Positions 34,713-45,537 of a stretch of 45,537 bases of DNA are shown here, piece after piece. Location of the stretch: NCBI RefSeq assembly GCF_004010195.1, contig NW_025215213.1, forward strand, positions 27,594 to 73,130, in the 5' to 3' direction. Under the pieces are notes generated by a model. That model worked only from the letters and a program-made list of their open reading frames with translations. It was not told the origin of the DNA and searched no databases. The stretch is from Chiloscyllium plagiosum. Taxonomy: Eukaryota. Both the position numbers and the translations under genes were made by a program. The first letter of the stretch is position 1. The number at the start of each line of letters is the position of its first letter.

Positions 34713-36470
34713 GAACATAGAACATAGGACATTACAGTGTAGTACAGGCCCTTCAGCCCTCGATGTTCCACCGACGCGTGGAACCAATCTGAAGCTTATC
34801 TACCCTGCACTATTCCATTCTCATCCATATGTTTATCCAGTGACCATTTAAATGCCCTTAAAGTTGGCGAGTCTACTACTGTTGCAGGCAGTGCGTTCCA
34901 TGCCCCTACTACTCTCTGAGTAAAGAAACTATCTCTGACATCTCTCCTATATCTATCATCCTTCAATTTGAAGCTATGTCCCTTCGTGCTAGCCATCACC
35001 ATTGGAGGAAAAAGGGTCTCACTGTCCACCCTATGTAATGCTCTGATTATCTTATATGTCTCAATTAAGTCACTTCTCAACCTTCTTCTCTCTAACAAAA
35101 ACAGCCTCAAGTCCCTCAGCCTTTCCTCATAAGACATTCCCTCCATAACAGGCAACATCCTCATAAATCTCCTTTGCACCTTTTCTAAAGCGTCCACATC
35201 TTCCTTTAATGCTGTGACCAGAACTGTACACAATACTCCAAGTGTGGCCGCACCAGAGTTTTGTACAGCTGCAGCAAGACCTTGTGGCTCTGAAACTCAA
35301 TCCCTCTACCAATAAAAGCTAACAAACCGTATGCCTTCTTAACAACTCAATCAACCTGGATAAATCTTTCGGTGATCTATATACATGGATTCCGAGATCT
35401 CTCTGCTCATCTACACTATCGAGAATCTTACAATTAGCCCAGTACTCTTTATTCCTGTTGCTCCTTCCAAAGTGAATCACCTCACACTTTTCCACATTAA
35501 CCTCCATTTTCCATCTCTCAGCTCAGCTCTGCAGCTTATCTATGTCCCTCTGTAACCTGCAACATCTTTCAGCACTATCCACAACTTCACCAACCTTAGT
35601 GTCATCTGCAAATTTACTAACCCATCCTTATACAGCCTCATCTAGCAGTGGATCCAAAACGGATCCCTCTGTATTCTTTCAGCTAGCTAATTTCTGATCC
35701 AAACCGCTAAACCACCCTCAATGCCATACCTCCGTATTTTGTGCAATAGCCTACTGTGGGAAACCCTATCAAACGCCTTACTGAAATGCATCTATACCAT
35801 ATCAACTGCTTTACCCTCATCCACCTGTTTAGTCACCATCTCAAAGAGGAGAAAGTGAGGACTGCAGATGCTGGAGATTAGAGCTGAAAATGTGTTGCTG
35901 GAAAAGTGCAGCAGGTCAGGCAGCATCCAAGGAGCAGGAGAATCGACGTTTTGGGCATGAGCCCTTCTTCAGGAAGAAGGGCTCATGCCCGAAATGTCGA
36001 TTCTCCTGCTCCTTGGATGCTGCCTGACCTGCTGCGCTTTTCCAGCAACACATTTTCAGCACCATCTCTAAGAACACAATAAGGTTTGTGAGGCACGACC
36101 TACCCTTCATGAAATCATGTTGACTATCCCTAATCAACTTATCCCTCTCAAGATGATTATAAATCCTACATCTTATCACCTTTTCCAACACTTTACCCAC
36201 AACCATGGTAGGGCTCACTGGTCTATAATTACCAGGGTTGTCTCTATTCCCCTTCTTGAACAAAAGGACAACATTTGCTATCCTCCAGTCTTCTGGCACT
36301 ATTCCTGGAGACAATGACATAAAGATCAAAGCCAAAAGCTCTGCAATCTCCTCCCCAGTTTCCCAGAGAATCCTAGGATAAATTCCATTAAGCCCAGGGG
36401 ACTTATCTAATTTCAAACTTTACAGGATTGCTAGCACCCCCTCCTTGTCAAACTCAATCCCGTCTAGATT
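34713..36470 (-). mobile_element. CR1 ORF2 (RT to 3' tail) with palindromic PLE insertion
   Basis: KSPGLNGIYPRIL..YRPVSPT..GRSCLTNL; GAACATAGAACATAG tail on +. Confidence 0.9.
35847..36060. mobile_element. Second copy of the ~215-bp palindromic hammerhead-core element, opposite orientation
   Basis: Same termini as 13130-13347; 36-nt tail 35847-35882; CACCATCTC(A/T)AAG at 35834-35846 and 36060-36072. Confidence 0.88.
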
Positions 36471-36487
36471 AGTTTGCAGTGATTGAA

Positions 36488-36885
36488 TAGGCTTAAAGAA
36501 TGCTATCCTTTATTATGAGAGGAATTGAATATGCAGTCAGGATTCTGTGTTTCAGTTCTACATGGCATGGATGAGACCACATATTGAATACTATGTGCCG
36601 TTTTACTCACCTTATTTAAGGAAGGATGGAAAAGTATCCAAGGTGGTCAGGGAGGTTTACTAGATGGATACATGGAATGAGTGAGTTGTCTTATGAGAAA
36701 ATGTTGAACAGAATGGGCTTGTTTCCACTGGAGTTTGGGAGAGTGAGGGGTGAGTGATTGAAGTGTATCAGTTCTTGGGGGTCAGTTGGCTAGATGGCAG
36801 GTTTGCCATGTGGAGTGATGCAAACAGCATGGGTTCAATTTCTGTTGCCAGCTGGGGTAACCAAAAAGGTCATCCTTCTCAATCT
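36488..36885 (+). mobile_element. Old CR1 fragment followed by a tRNA-SINE head (about 36781-36885)
   Basis: RPHIEYYVPFYSPYLRKD; GGGTTCAATT B-box-like, same family as 33277-33485. Confidence 0.65.
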
Positions 36886-37449
36886 TGTCTATACAAATTT
36901 TCACAAATATTACTGCTTACTTTTAATTTGTATAATAAACTTATGTTTCTTTGTTAAACATAACTGGGTGTTAACTGATGGCAGACTTTTAAAATGATAG
37001 TAAAGAGCTGAGTTATTGGAAGAATTAGTGAATTGTGGTGGGTTTATTTTACAAAGAGAAAAAGCTGAGTTATTTTCATGATCTGTCCATGCTGGGGTGT
37101 CGTAGGAGATGGTGCACATGTGCCAATTGGCATCCTTGAAGCTTTCAGGATAGATGGACACTATGGGGACTGGTGTGAACTATTTCTCCTTCCAACATAA
37201 TTTTGATTCAGTGCCCCTAGTCTGCAAAAAGAGCGGAACCCTTCCACAGTGGGGTTTGGCTTCTATACAGAGAAACAGAATTTAGAAATAAAAGGTGGAA
37301 ACTGATATTGGAGTTAAACTATAGATTTGCAATAAAATCTTTGTAAATCTCTGCTTGCTGTATATTTCAACATTCAAATATCAGTATATGGAGCAAGCAA
37401 GAGGAAGAATTTTTTATTTCTATATTTCTGCACTTCATATAAAGTGTTA

Positions 37450-37878
37450 AATTTAGAATTAAAATTAGAATTAGGTTTTATTGTCAAATGTACTCAATTA
37501 GAGAGACACATGAGTACAGTAAGAAGTGTACAAAGTCACTATTTCCAGTGCCATCTTAGGTATAAATGAGAAAAATATAAAAAAATTAAAAGTTCAGCAT
37601 TACAGTCGTTCCAAAGCAGAGAATAAAATAAAAGAAGACTGAGCAGATGCACGGCGCTTCACCTCGAGACTGGGAGTCCCTTGAATCTGTGCTTGGCCTC
37701 ACATTGAGTATGCCACTGGGCTTCACCTTGCTGCCAATTATGCCATCTGAGAACAGGGGGGTAAGTAGAAAAGGAAAAAAGCATGAAATGATTTTTAAAA
37801 CTGAAAAGAGAAAAACAGAAGAAAAGAAATGGATGAGCAGAGGATCTCTGGCTCAGAAGCTCTATTCTGCCGTCTTGT
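37450..37878 (-). mobile_element. Short non-autonomous Rex/L2-like retroposon (tentative)
   Basis: Minus strand starts CAAGACGGC and ends GACAATAAAACC-(TAATTC/T)n, resembling the tail of the Rex fragment at 4405-4450. Confidence 0.45.
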
Positions 37879-38046
37879 ACATAGGACATTGAGAAGACTT
37901 CTGACCACTGCTTATCAAGCTGTGTGAGCTCTTGGGTGAATTTACTGCCATCATCTCTTTCCTGGTCAGGATCTACAGGGATCTGCTTGGTCTGGAGAGG
38001 GAGAGGACAACCACCTGGTGCATTGAAAGGAAAAGACACCTGTCTT

Positions 38047-38325
38047 ATTTTTTATTCATTCACAAGATGAGGGTGTCACAGGGTTGGCCAGCATTTATTA
38101 CCAATCCCTAATTACTCAGAGGGCAGTTGAGGATCAACCATATTCCTGTGGGTCTGGAGTCACAGGTAGGTCAGAACAGCTTCCTTCTCTAAAGAACATT
38201 ATCGAACCAGTTGGGTTTTCCCCAACAATTAATGATGGATTCATGGTCATTGTTAGACTTTTAATTCCAGATTTTAAAAAATTGAATTCAAATTCTACCA
38301 TTTGACATGGTGGTATTCAAACATG
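38047..38325 (-). mobile_element. SacSINE1/Deu-domain-like SINE, second copy
   Basis: Similar to 31111-31446. Confidence 0.65.
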
Positions 38326-38809
38326 GTGGGTAAAGCAAACATCAGGATCTTCTCTTATGGAAATTCATTGATATTATTTGCACTTTTAAAGTTGCAGCCT
38401 GGAATCACCCTCTTACTGGTGGTCACCTTCATCCTCAGTAGCTGTCTTTCTTAATTTTTCTTGCTTCTTCTCTAAGAGAAGTCAAAGATTTACACAATTC
38501 TTTATGCTGCTGGGCATGGAGTTTCTTCAGTGAGGACTGATTCACAGTGTATTGAGTCTGTTAGTCAAGTTGAACCAAGTTCCAATTTTTTCTGAAATTG
38601 GGACAAAAAGAAGACTGAAAACCACAAAAGCTTATCTGTTTTAAAGAGGACAATGCGGACTCAACGTGACACACACGATATTCATCATCTCTCTTTAAGT
38701 ATCTTGAAATATGGTATGCATCTGCTCTCGCATCCTGAGTGGATACCCCTGCACCATGAGGTTCGAAAGAAAATGGTTGGAAAGTTTAAGTTCAGCCACA
38801 ATATGATCT

Positions 38810-38885
38810 TAGAAAGGATAGACACCTCTTCCCCATGTCTAGTTTAAAATTTGTATTCCTGCCATTAACCATGATATCCTGAAAC
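38810..38885 (-). mobile_element. Decayed Gypsy aspartic-protease motif
   Basis: DIMVNGRNTNFKLDMG then, with a frameshift, EVSIL, resembling VNG..FKLDTGA.VS. Confidence 0.55.
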
Positions 38886-39009
38886 AGTCTGCCACTTCTC
38901 TGAAGAATAATATGTCTTTTTCTTCAGTATCATTTATCTTTTCATAGTAATTTAGAGTGTCTGGTTTTAAATTTTGGTCTGGTTTTAAATGTGGGTTTTA
39001 AATTTGACC

Positions 39010-42000
39010 AATGACCAATGGCTGATCCCATTGTGAATGGCAGTGACCACATCTGCGCAAGTGTTTGTTGCTGGAAGAACTCCAGATCAGAATTGATGAT
39101 CTGGAATCTGAGCTTCAAACACTGTGGCATATTGGGAGAGGGAGAGACTTATCTGAATGCTTTGTTTCAGGAGGCAGTCACACCCGATAGATTAAGTAAT
39201 TCAAATTCAGTTAATAATCAGGAACAACAGGGTGTTACTGTAATTGAGGCAGGTAGGGGAATTCTGAGTTCAGAAGTAGAGGAGCCTCAGCCCCTGACCT
39301 TGTCCAACAGGTATGGGATTTTTGCTCCTTGTATGGATGAGGGAAAGGGCTGTGGGCAAGATGAGCCAGCTGACCATGGCATCATGGTGCAGAAGGCCAT
39401 TCAAGAGGGGGGAGCAAAAAGACAAGTAGTTGTTATAGGGAATTCTATAATTAGGGGACAGATAGTATCCTTTGTGAGCCAGATCAAGAGGTCCGCATGG
39501 TGTGTTGCCTGCCCGGTGCCAGGGTGCAGGACATCTCCAACCGGCCTGAAAGGATATTGGAGCAGGAGGGAGAGGATCCAGTTGTTGTGGTCCATGTTGG
39601 CACAAACAACATAAGCAAGGCTAGGAAGGAGGACCTGGTTGGGGATTATCAAACACTAGGAAGGAAATTGAAGAACAGGTTCTCGAGGGTCATAATCTCT
39701 GGATTACTGCCTGAGCCATGTGCTAATTGGCATAGGAATAAGAAAATTAGGGAAGTAAACACGTGGCTAAGAGATTGCTGTGGGAAAGAGGGATTCCATT
39801 TCATGGGACATTGGCATCAGTTTTAGAACATAGAATAATACAGCACAGAGCAGGCCTTTCGGCCCTCGATGTTGCGTCAGCCTGTGAACTATTCTCAGCT
39901 CGTTCCCCCTACACTATCTCATCATCATCCATGTGCTTATCCAAGGATTGTTTAAATCTCCCTAATGTGGCTGAGTTAACTACATTAGCAGGTATGGCAT
40001 TCCATCCCCTTACCACACTCTAAGTAAAGAACCTGCCTCTGACATCTGTCTCAAATCCATCACCCCTCAATTTGTAGTTATGCCCCCTTTATAAGCTGCC
40101 GTATTCATCCTAGGAAAAAGACTTGCACTATCTACCTTATCTAATCCTCTGATCATCTTGTATGTCTCTATCAAATCCCCTCTTAGCCTTCTTCTTTCCA
40201 ATGAGAACAGACCTAAGTTTCCTCAGCCTTTCCTCATAAGACCTTCCCTCCAAACCAGGCAACATGCTGCAAAATCTCCTCTGCACCTTTTCCAATGCTT
40301 CCACATCCTTCCCAAAATATGACCAGAACTATACACAATATTCCAAGTGTGGCTGCACTAGCGTTTTGTATAGTTGCAGCACGAATTACAAAGCCATGGC
40401 TGACTAAGGAAGTCAGGAAATGTATCATAGAAAAAGAGAAAGCCTATAAAGTGGCCAAGAGCACTGGGAAATCAGAAGATTGAGAAGACTACAAAAACAC
40501 ACAGAGGATAACAAAGACAGAAATAAGGAAGGAAAGGATCAAATAAGGTAAGCAAGCCAGTAATATTAGAAATTATAGTAAAAGTTTCTTTCAATACATA
40601 AGAAATAATCGAGAGGCAAAAGTAGAAATTGGGCCACTCCAAATTGATGCAGGAAGGCTCATGATGGGAGACAAGGGAATAGCTGAAGAACTTAATAAAT
40701 AGTATATGTTAGTCTTCACAGTGGAAGACATGAGTAATATCCCGACAATTAAGGAGAGTCAAGGGGTAGAGTTGAGTATGGTAGCCATTACAAAAAAGAA
40801 AGTGCTAGAAAAGCTAAAAGGTCTAAAAATTGATAAATCTACTGATCCCGATGGGCTACATCCTGGAGTTCTAAGGGAGGTGGCTGACAAATAGTGGAGG
40901 CATTGGTCATAATCTTTCAAAAATTACTGGAGTCAGGGAAAGTCCCAGAGATTGGAAAATCGCTGTTGTAACTCCCTTGTTCAAGAAAGGATCAAGACAA
41001 AAGGTGGAAAATTATAGGCCGATTAGCCTAACCTCGATTGTCGGTAAAATTCTAGAATCCACTGTTAAGGAGGAGACTTCTAAATTCTTGGAAGTGTAGG
41101 ATCGGATTAGAACAAGTCAGCATGGATTTAGTAAGGGGAGGTCATGCCTGACAAACCTGTTAGAATTCTTTGAAAATGTAACAAGTAGGTTAAACCCCCT
41201 CTTTTACCCCCACCTCTGACCCTACTAAAACATTTAAACATTTAAATTTATCTAGACTTCCAAAAGGTCTTTGATAAGATGCCACATGTGAGGCTGCTGA
41301 GTAAGGTGAGGGCCCATGGTGATTGAGGATTGACTGTCTGACAGAAGGCAAAGAGTTGGGATAAAAGGTTCTTTTTGGAGTGGCAGCTGGTGAAAAGTGG
41401 TGTCCCACAGGGTTCAGTGTTGGGGCCACAGCTGTTCACTTTATATATAAATGATCTGGATGAAGAGACTGGGGGCATTCTGGTGAAGTTCACCGATGAT
41501 ACAAAGTTAGGCGGACAGGTAGGTAGTTCTGAGGAGGTGGGGAGGCTACAAAAAGATTTAGACAGTTTAGGAGAGTTGTCCAAGAAATGGCTGATGAAAC
41601 TCAACGTGAGCAAATGCAAACTCTTGCACTTTGAAAAAAAGAACATAGGCACAGACTATTTTCTAAATGGTGAGAAAATTCATAAAGCCAAAGTACAAAG
41701 GGATCTTGGAGTGCCAGTCAAGATTCTCTGAAGGTTGACTTACAGGTTGAGTCAGTGGTTAAGAAAGCAAATGTAATGTTGTCATTTATCTCAAGATGGT
41801 TGGAATGTAAAAGCAGTGATGTGCTACTGAGACTTTATAAAGCTCTGGTTAGGCCCCATTTAGAATACTGTGTCCAGTTTTGGGCCCCACACCTCAGGAA
41901 GGACATACTAGCACTGGAGCATGTCCAGTGGAGATTCACACGGACTATCCCTGGAATGGTAGGCCTAATACATGATGAATGGCTGAGGATCCTGGGATTG

Positions 42001-43980
42001 TATTCATTAGAGTTTAGAAAGTTGAGCGGAGACCTACTAGAATCAAGGATCAAGGATAACCCCAAGGCATTTTATGCGTATGTGAGAAACCTGAGAATGA
42101 CGAGAACGAGGGTAGGGCCGATCAAAGACAGTAGTGGGAGACTGTGTATTGAGTCGGAAGAGATAGGAGAGGTCTTGAACAAGTACTTCTCTTCAGTATT
42201 TACGAACGAGAGGGACCGTATTGTAGAAGAGGAGAGTGTGAAATGGACTGGTAAGCTAGAAGAGATACCTGTTAGGAAGGAAGATGTGTTGGACATTTTG
42301 AACAACTTGAGGATAGACAAGTCCCCCGGGCCTGACGGGATATATCCTAGGATTATGTGGGAAGCAAGAGAGGAAACTGCAGTACCGTTGGCAATGATCT
42401 TNNNNNNNNNNNNNNNNNNNNNNNNNNNNNNNNNNNNNNNNNNNNNNNNNNNNNNNNNNNNNNNNNNNNNNNNNNNNNNNNNNNNNNNNNNNNNNNNNNN
42501 NNNNNNNNNNNNNNNNNNNNNNNNNNNNNNNNNNNNNNNNNNNNNNNNNNNNNNNNNNNNNNNNNNNNNNNNNNNNNNNNNNNNNNNNNNNNNNNNNNNN
42601 NNNNNNNNNNNNNNNNNNNNNNNNNNNNNNNNNNNNNNNNNNNNNNNNNNNNNNNNNNNNNNNNNNNNNNNNNNNNNNNNNNNNNNNNNNNNNNNNNNNN
42701 NNNNNNNNNNNNNNNNNNNNNNNNNNNNNNNNNNNNNNNNNNNNNNNNNNNNNNNNNNNNNNNNNNNNNNNNNNNNNNNNNNNNNNNNNNNNNNNNNNNN
42801 NNNNNNNNNNNNNNNNNNNNNNNNNNNNNNNNNNNNNNNNNNNNNNNNNNNNNNNNNNNNNNNNNNNNNNNNNNNNNNNNNNNNNNNNNNNNNNNNNNNN
42901 NNNNNNNNNNNNNNNNNNNNNNNNNNNNNNNNNNNNNNNNNNNNNNNNNNNNNNNNNNNNNNNNNNNNNNNNNNNNNNNNNNNNNNNNNNNNNNNNNNNN
43001 NNNNNNNNNNNNNNNNNNNNNNNNNNNNNNNNNNNNNNNNNNNNNNNNNNNNNNNNNNNNNNNNNNNNNNNNNNNNNNNNNNNNNNNNNNNNNNNNNNNN
43101 NNNNNNNNNNNNNNNNNNNNNNNNNNNNNNNNNNNNNNNNNNNNNNNNNNNNNNNNNNNNNNNNNNNNNNNNNNNNNNNNNNNNNNNNNNNNNNNNNNNN
43201 NNNNNNNNNNNNNNNNNNNNNNNNNNNNNNNNNNNNNNNNNNNNNNNNNNNNNTTGGAACGGCGAAGGATGATGGGTGACTTGATAGAGGTTTATAAGAT
43301 GATCAGAGGAATAGATAGAGTAGACAGTCAGAAACTTTTTCCCCGGGTACAACAGAGTGTTACAAGGGGACATAAATTTAAGGTGAAGGGTGGAAGGTAT
43401 AGGGGAGATGTCAGGGGTGGGTTCTTTACCCAGAGAGTGGTGGGGGCATGGAATGCGCTGCCCGTGGGAGTGGTAGAGTCGGAATCATTGGCGACCTTTA
43501 AGCGGCATTTGGATAGGTACATGGATTGGTACTTAATCTAGGTTAGAAGTTCGGCACAACATCGTGGGCCGAAGGGCCTGTTCTGTGCTGTATTGTTCTA
43601 TGTTCTATGTTCTAGAAACTTATAAGATGATGCATGGCTTAGAAAGGGTGGATGCTGGGAATTTGTTTCCGTCAGGCAGGGATATTAGAACCTGTGGGCA
43701 CATTAGAATTAGAGGGGGTCAATTTAGAAAGGAAACATTTCTTCAGCCAGAGAGTGGTGGGCCTGTGGAATTCATTGCCATGGAGCGCAGTGGAGGCCGG
43801 GAAGCTAAATGTCTTCAAGGCAGAGATTGATCATTTCTTAATCTCGCAAGGAATTAAGGGATATGGGGAGAGTGTGGGTAAGTGGTGTGAAATGTCCATC
43901 AGCCATAATTAAATGGCAGAGTGACCTTGATGGGCCGAATGACCTTACTTCCACTCCTATGTTGTATAGTTTTATGGTCC
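39010..43980 (+). mobile_element. CR1 (ORF1 39010-39825; ORF2 40381-43980) with nested CR1s at 39826-40380 (-) and 42043-43611 (+)
   Basis: VVVIGNSI, VVVHVGTNN, KPWLT, GVPQGSVLGP and KFTDDTK; CTAGAA TSD at 42037-42042 and 43612-43617; that ORF1 and ORF2 belong to one element is inferred. Confidence 0.85.
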
Positions 43981-44705
43981 TTAGATGGGCTTTTTCTGTA
44001 GTTTTGGCATATTTTCTGTATTGCCTCTTTTAACATGCATGACACTTGGCAGCAATGAATTGGCAGGTTTTGTGTTGAACATAGATTTTTCCATTGAAAC
44101 AATACGGCAGTGACTATGCTGTTGGTCCATTGTGTTTGTTTACTTTCTGCATGATCATCAATAAATGCTGGCCTTCCCAGTGACACTCAGGTCCTATGAA
44201 AGAATACAGAAAAAAACCTGTTCTTTCCAAAAAAAACTTTCACATTTTTTTCTCCAATTATTTATTCAATTCTCATTTGATTTGACTCCATTATTCCTTT
44301 AGAGAGTGAGCAGAGACATGACAGACTAAATAATTGTGGGAATGTCTGAAAATAGCTTGCTCCAATCCCCCTGTATATGTGGCTGTTCAGGTCATGGATG
44401 GTGTAATTTATAGAGCAATTTATTTTGTGCCTGAGAAGAAATTGAATGGGGAATTAATTTGTGTTCAGTTAGCGATGTTCCATTCATTGTGGAATACTCG
44501 TTTCATTGCATTTTTCTTCTAGTCTCTGGAGGAGGAAATATAATAACCATGTAATGAAACCTAATGCTGCTCATGTTGGTACCCCATTTAGACCCCATTA
44601 GAGACAACAATTTCACAAAAATCAGTCATTTAATTAAATTGAAATATTATTTTCAAACAAAATAATCCCAAAAAGGATTTAACTTTTAATGTAATTAAGT
44701 CAAAT

Positions 44706-45537
44706 AGAGTTATTGAGTCATAAAGATGTACTGCACGGAAACAGACCCTTCGGTCCAACTCATCCATGCTAACCAGATATCCCAACCCAACCCACCTGCC
44801 AGCACCTGGCCCATATCCCTCCAAACCCTTCCTAACCATATACCCATCTAGATGTCTTTAAATATTATCATTGTACCAGCCTTCACCACTTTGTCTGGCA
44901 GCTCATTCCATTCATGCACCACCCTCTGCGTGAAAAGGTGGCCCCTTAAGTCTCTTCTATATCTTTCCCCTCTCACCTTAAACCTATGCCCTCTCGTTCT
45001 GGACTCCCCCTCCCCAAGAAAAAGACGTTGTCTATTTACCCTATCCATGCCCTTCTTGATTTTATATACTTCTATAAGGTCACCCCTCAGCCTCAGGCGC
45101 TCCAGGGAAAACAGCCCCACCCTACTCAACCTCTCCCTAGAGCACAAATCCTCCAACCCTGGTGACATCCTTGTAAATCTTTTCTGAACCTTTTCACATT
45201 TCACATCATCCTTCCAATAGGAAGGAGACCAGAATTACACGCAATATTCCAACAGTGGCCTAACCAATGTCCTCTACAGCCGCAACTCCTGTACTCAATG
45301 CTCTGATTAATAAAGGAAAGCATACCAAATGCCTTCTTCACTATCCCATAGAACAAAGAACAAAGAAAATTTACAGCCCAGGAACAGGTCCTTCGGCCCT
45401 CTAAGCCTGAGCCAATCCAAATCCACTGCCTAAACCTGTCGCCCAATTCCTAAGCATCTGTATCCTCTGCTCCCCACCTATTCATGCATCTGTCCAGATG
45501 CATCTGAAATGAACCTACCGTGACTGCCTCTATTACC
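44706..45537 (-). mobile_element. HER1-like CR1 3' portion (44706-45345) and another CR1 3' end (45347 to window end)
   Basis: EKVQKRFTRM..RGDLIEVYK; CATAGAACAAAGAACAAAG tail on +. Confidence 0.88.

Larger units (their letters stand above)
2149..43253. other. Four assembly gaps (about 2149-2417, 11383-12048, 16603-17531, 42402-43253)
   Basis: N-runs, each starting inside a low-divergence LINE copy. Confidence 0.97.

Noticed and set aside
37040..37280. Possible minus-strand terminal exon (TTCTCTGTATAG acceptor, downstream AATAAA)
   Set aside because: All frames are short and unrecognised, no upstream exon is visible, and such motifs are common by chance
37659..38039. 126-aa minus-strand ORF with acceptor-like pyrimidine tracts as a host exon
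   Set aside because: No recognisable domain or convincing donor site, and the 3' half overlaps a probable retroposon
11218..43541. Long ORFs of 240-505 aa in the track
   Set aside because: Their length comes from N-gaps translated as X, or from in-frame fusion of two nested CR1 copies (41755-43272)

Overview
Eukaryotic, repeat-saturated genomic DNA with four N-gaps. The HE1-type SINEs and HER1-type CR1 LINE tails point to a cartilaginous fish (shark), which is an inference. No host protein-coding exon could be supported, and almost every ORF in the track is a decayed retroelement fragment or its antisense shadow. The window is a nest of CR1-clade LINEs of several ages, one L1/Tx1-clade LINE 3' end, a Rex1/Babar fragment, tRNA-derived SINEs and Gypsy gag/pol relics. 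Two features stand out. First, at least four families of Penelope-like (PLE) sequences carry minimal hammerhead-ribozyme motifs (CUGANGA-helix II-GAAA-palindromic helix III). Three of these insertions are non-coding, head-to-head palindromic units with 12-14 bp target-site duplications (TSDs) and a ~35-36 nt one-sided tail (13130-13347, 35847-36060, 31853-33029). Second, a 618-bp TG..CA solo LTR (23228-23845) holds a CpG-rich tandem array of E-box, E2F and ETS motifs ahead of CCAAT, TATA and AATAAA. Family names come from motif recognition, not database searches, and most LINE boundaries are approximate.
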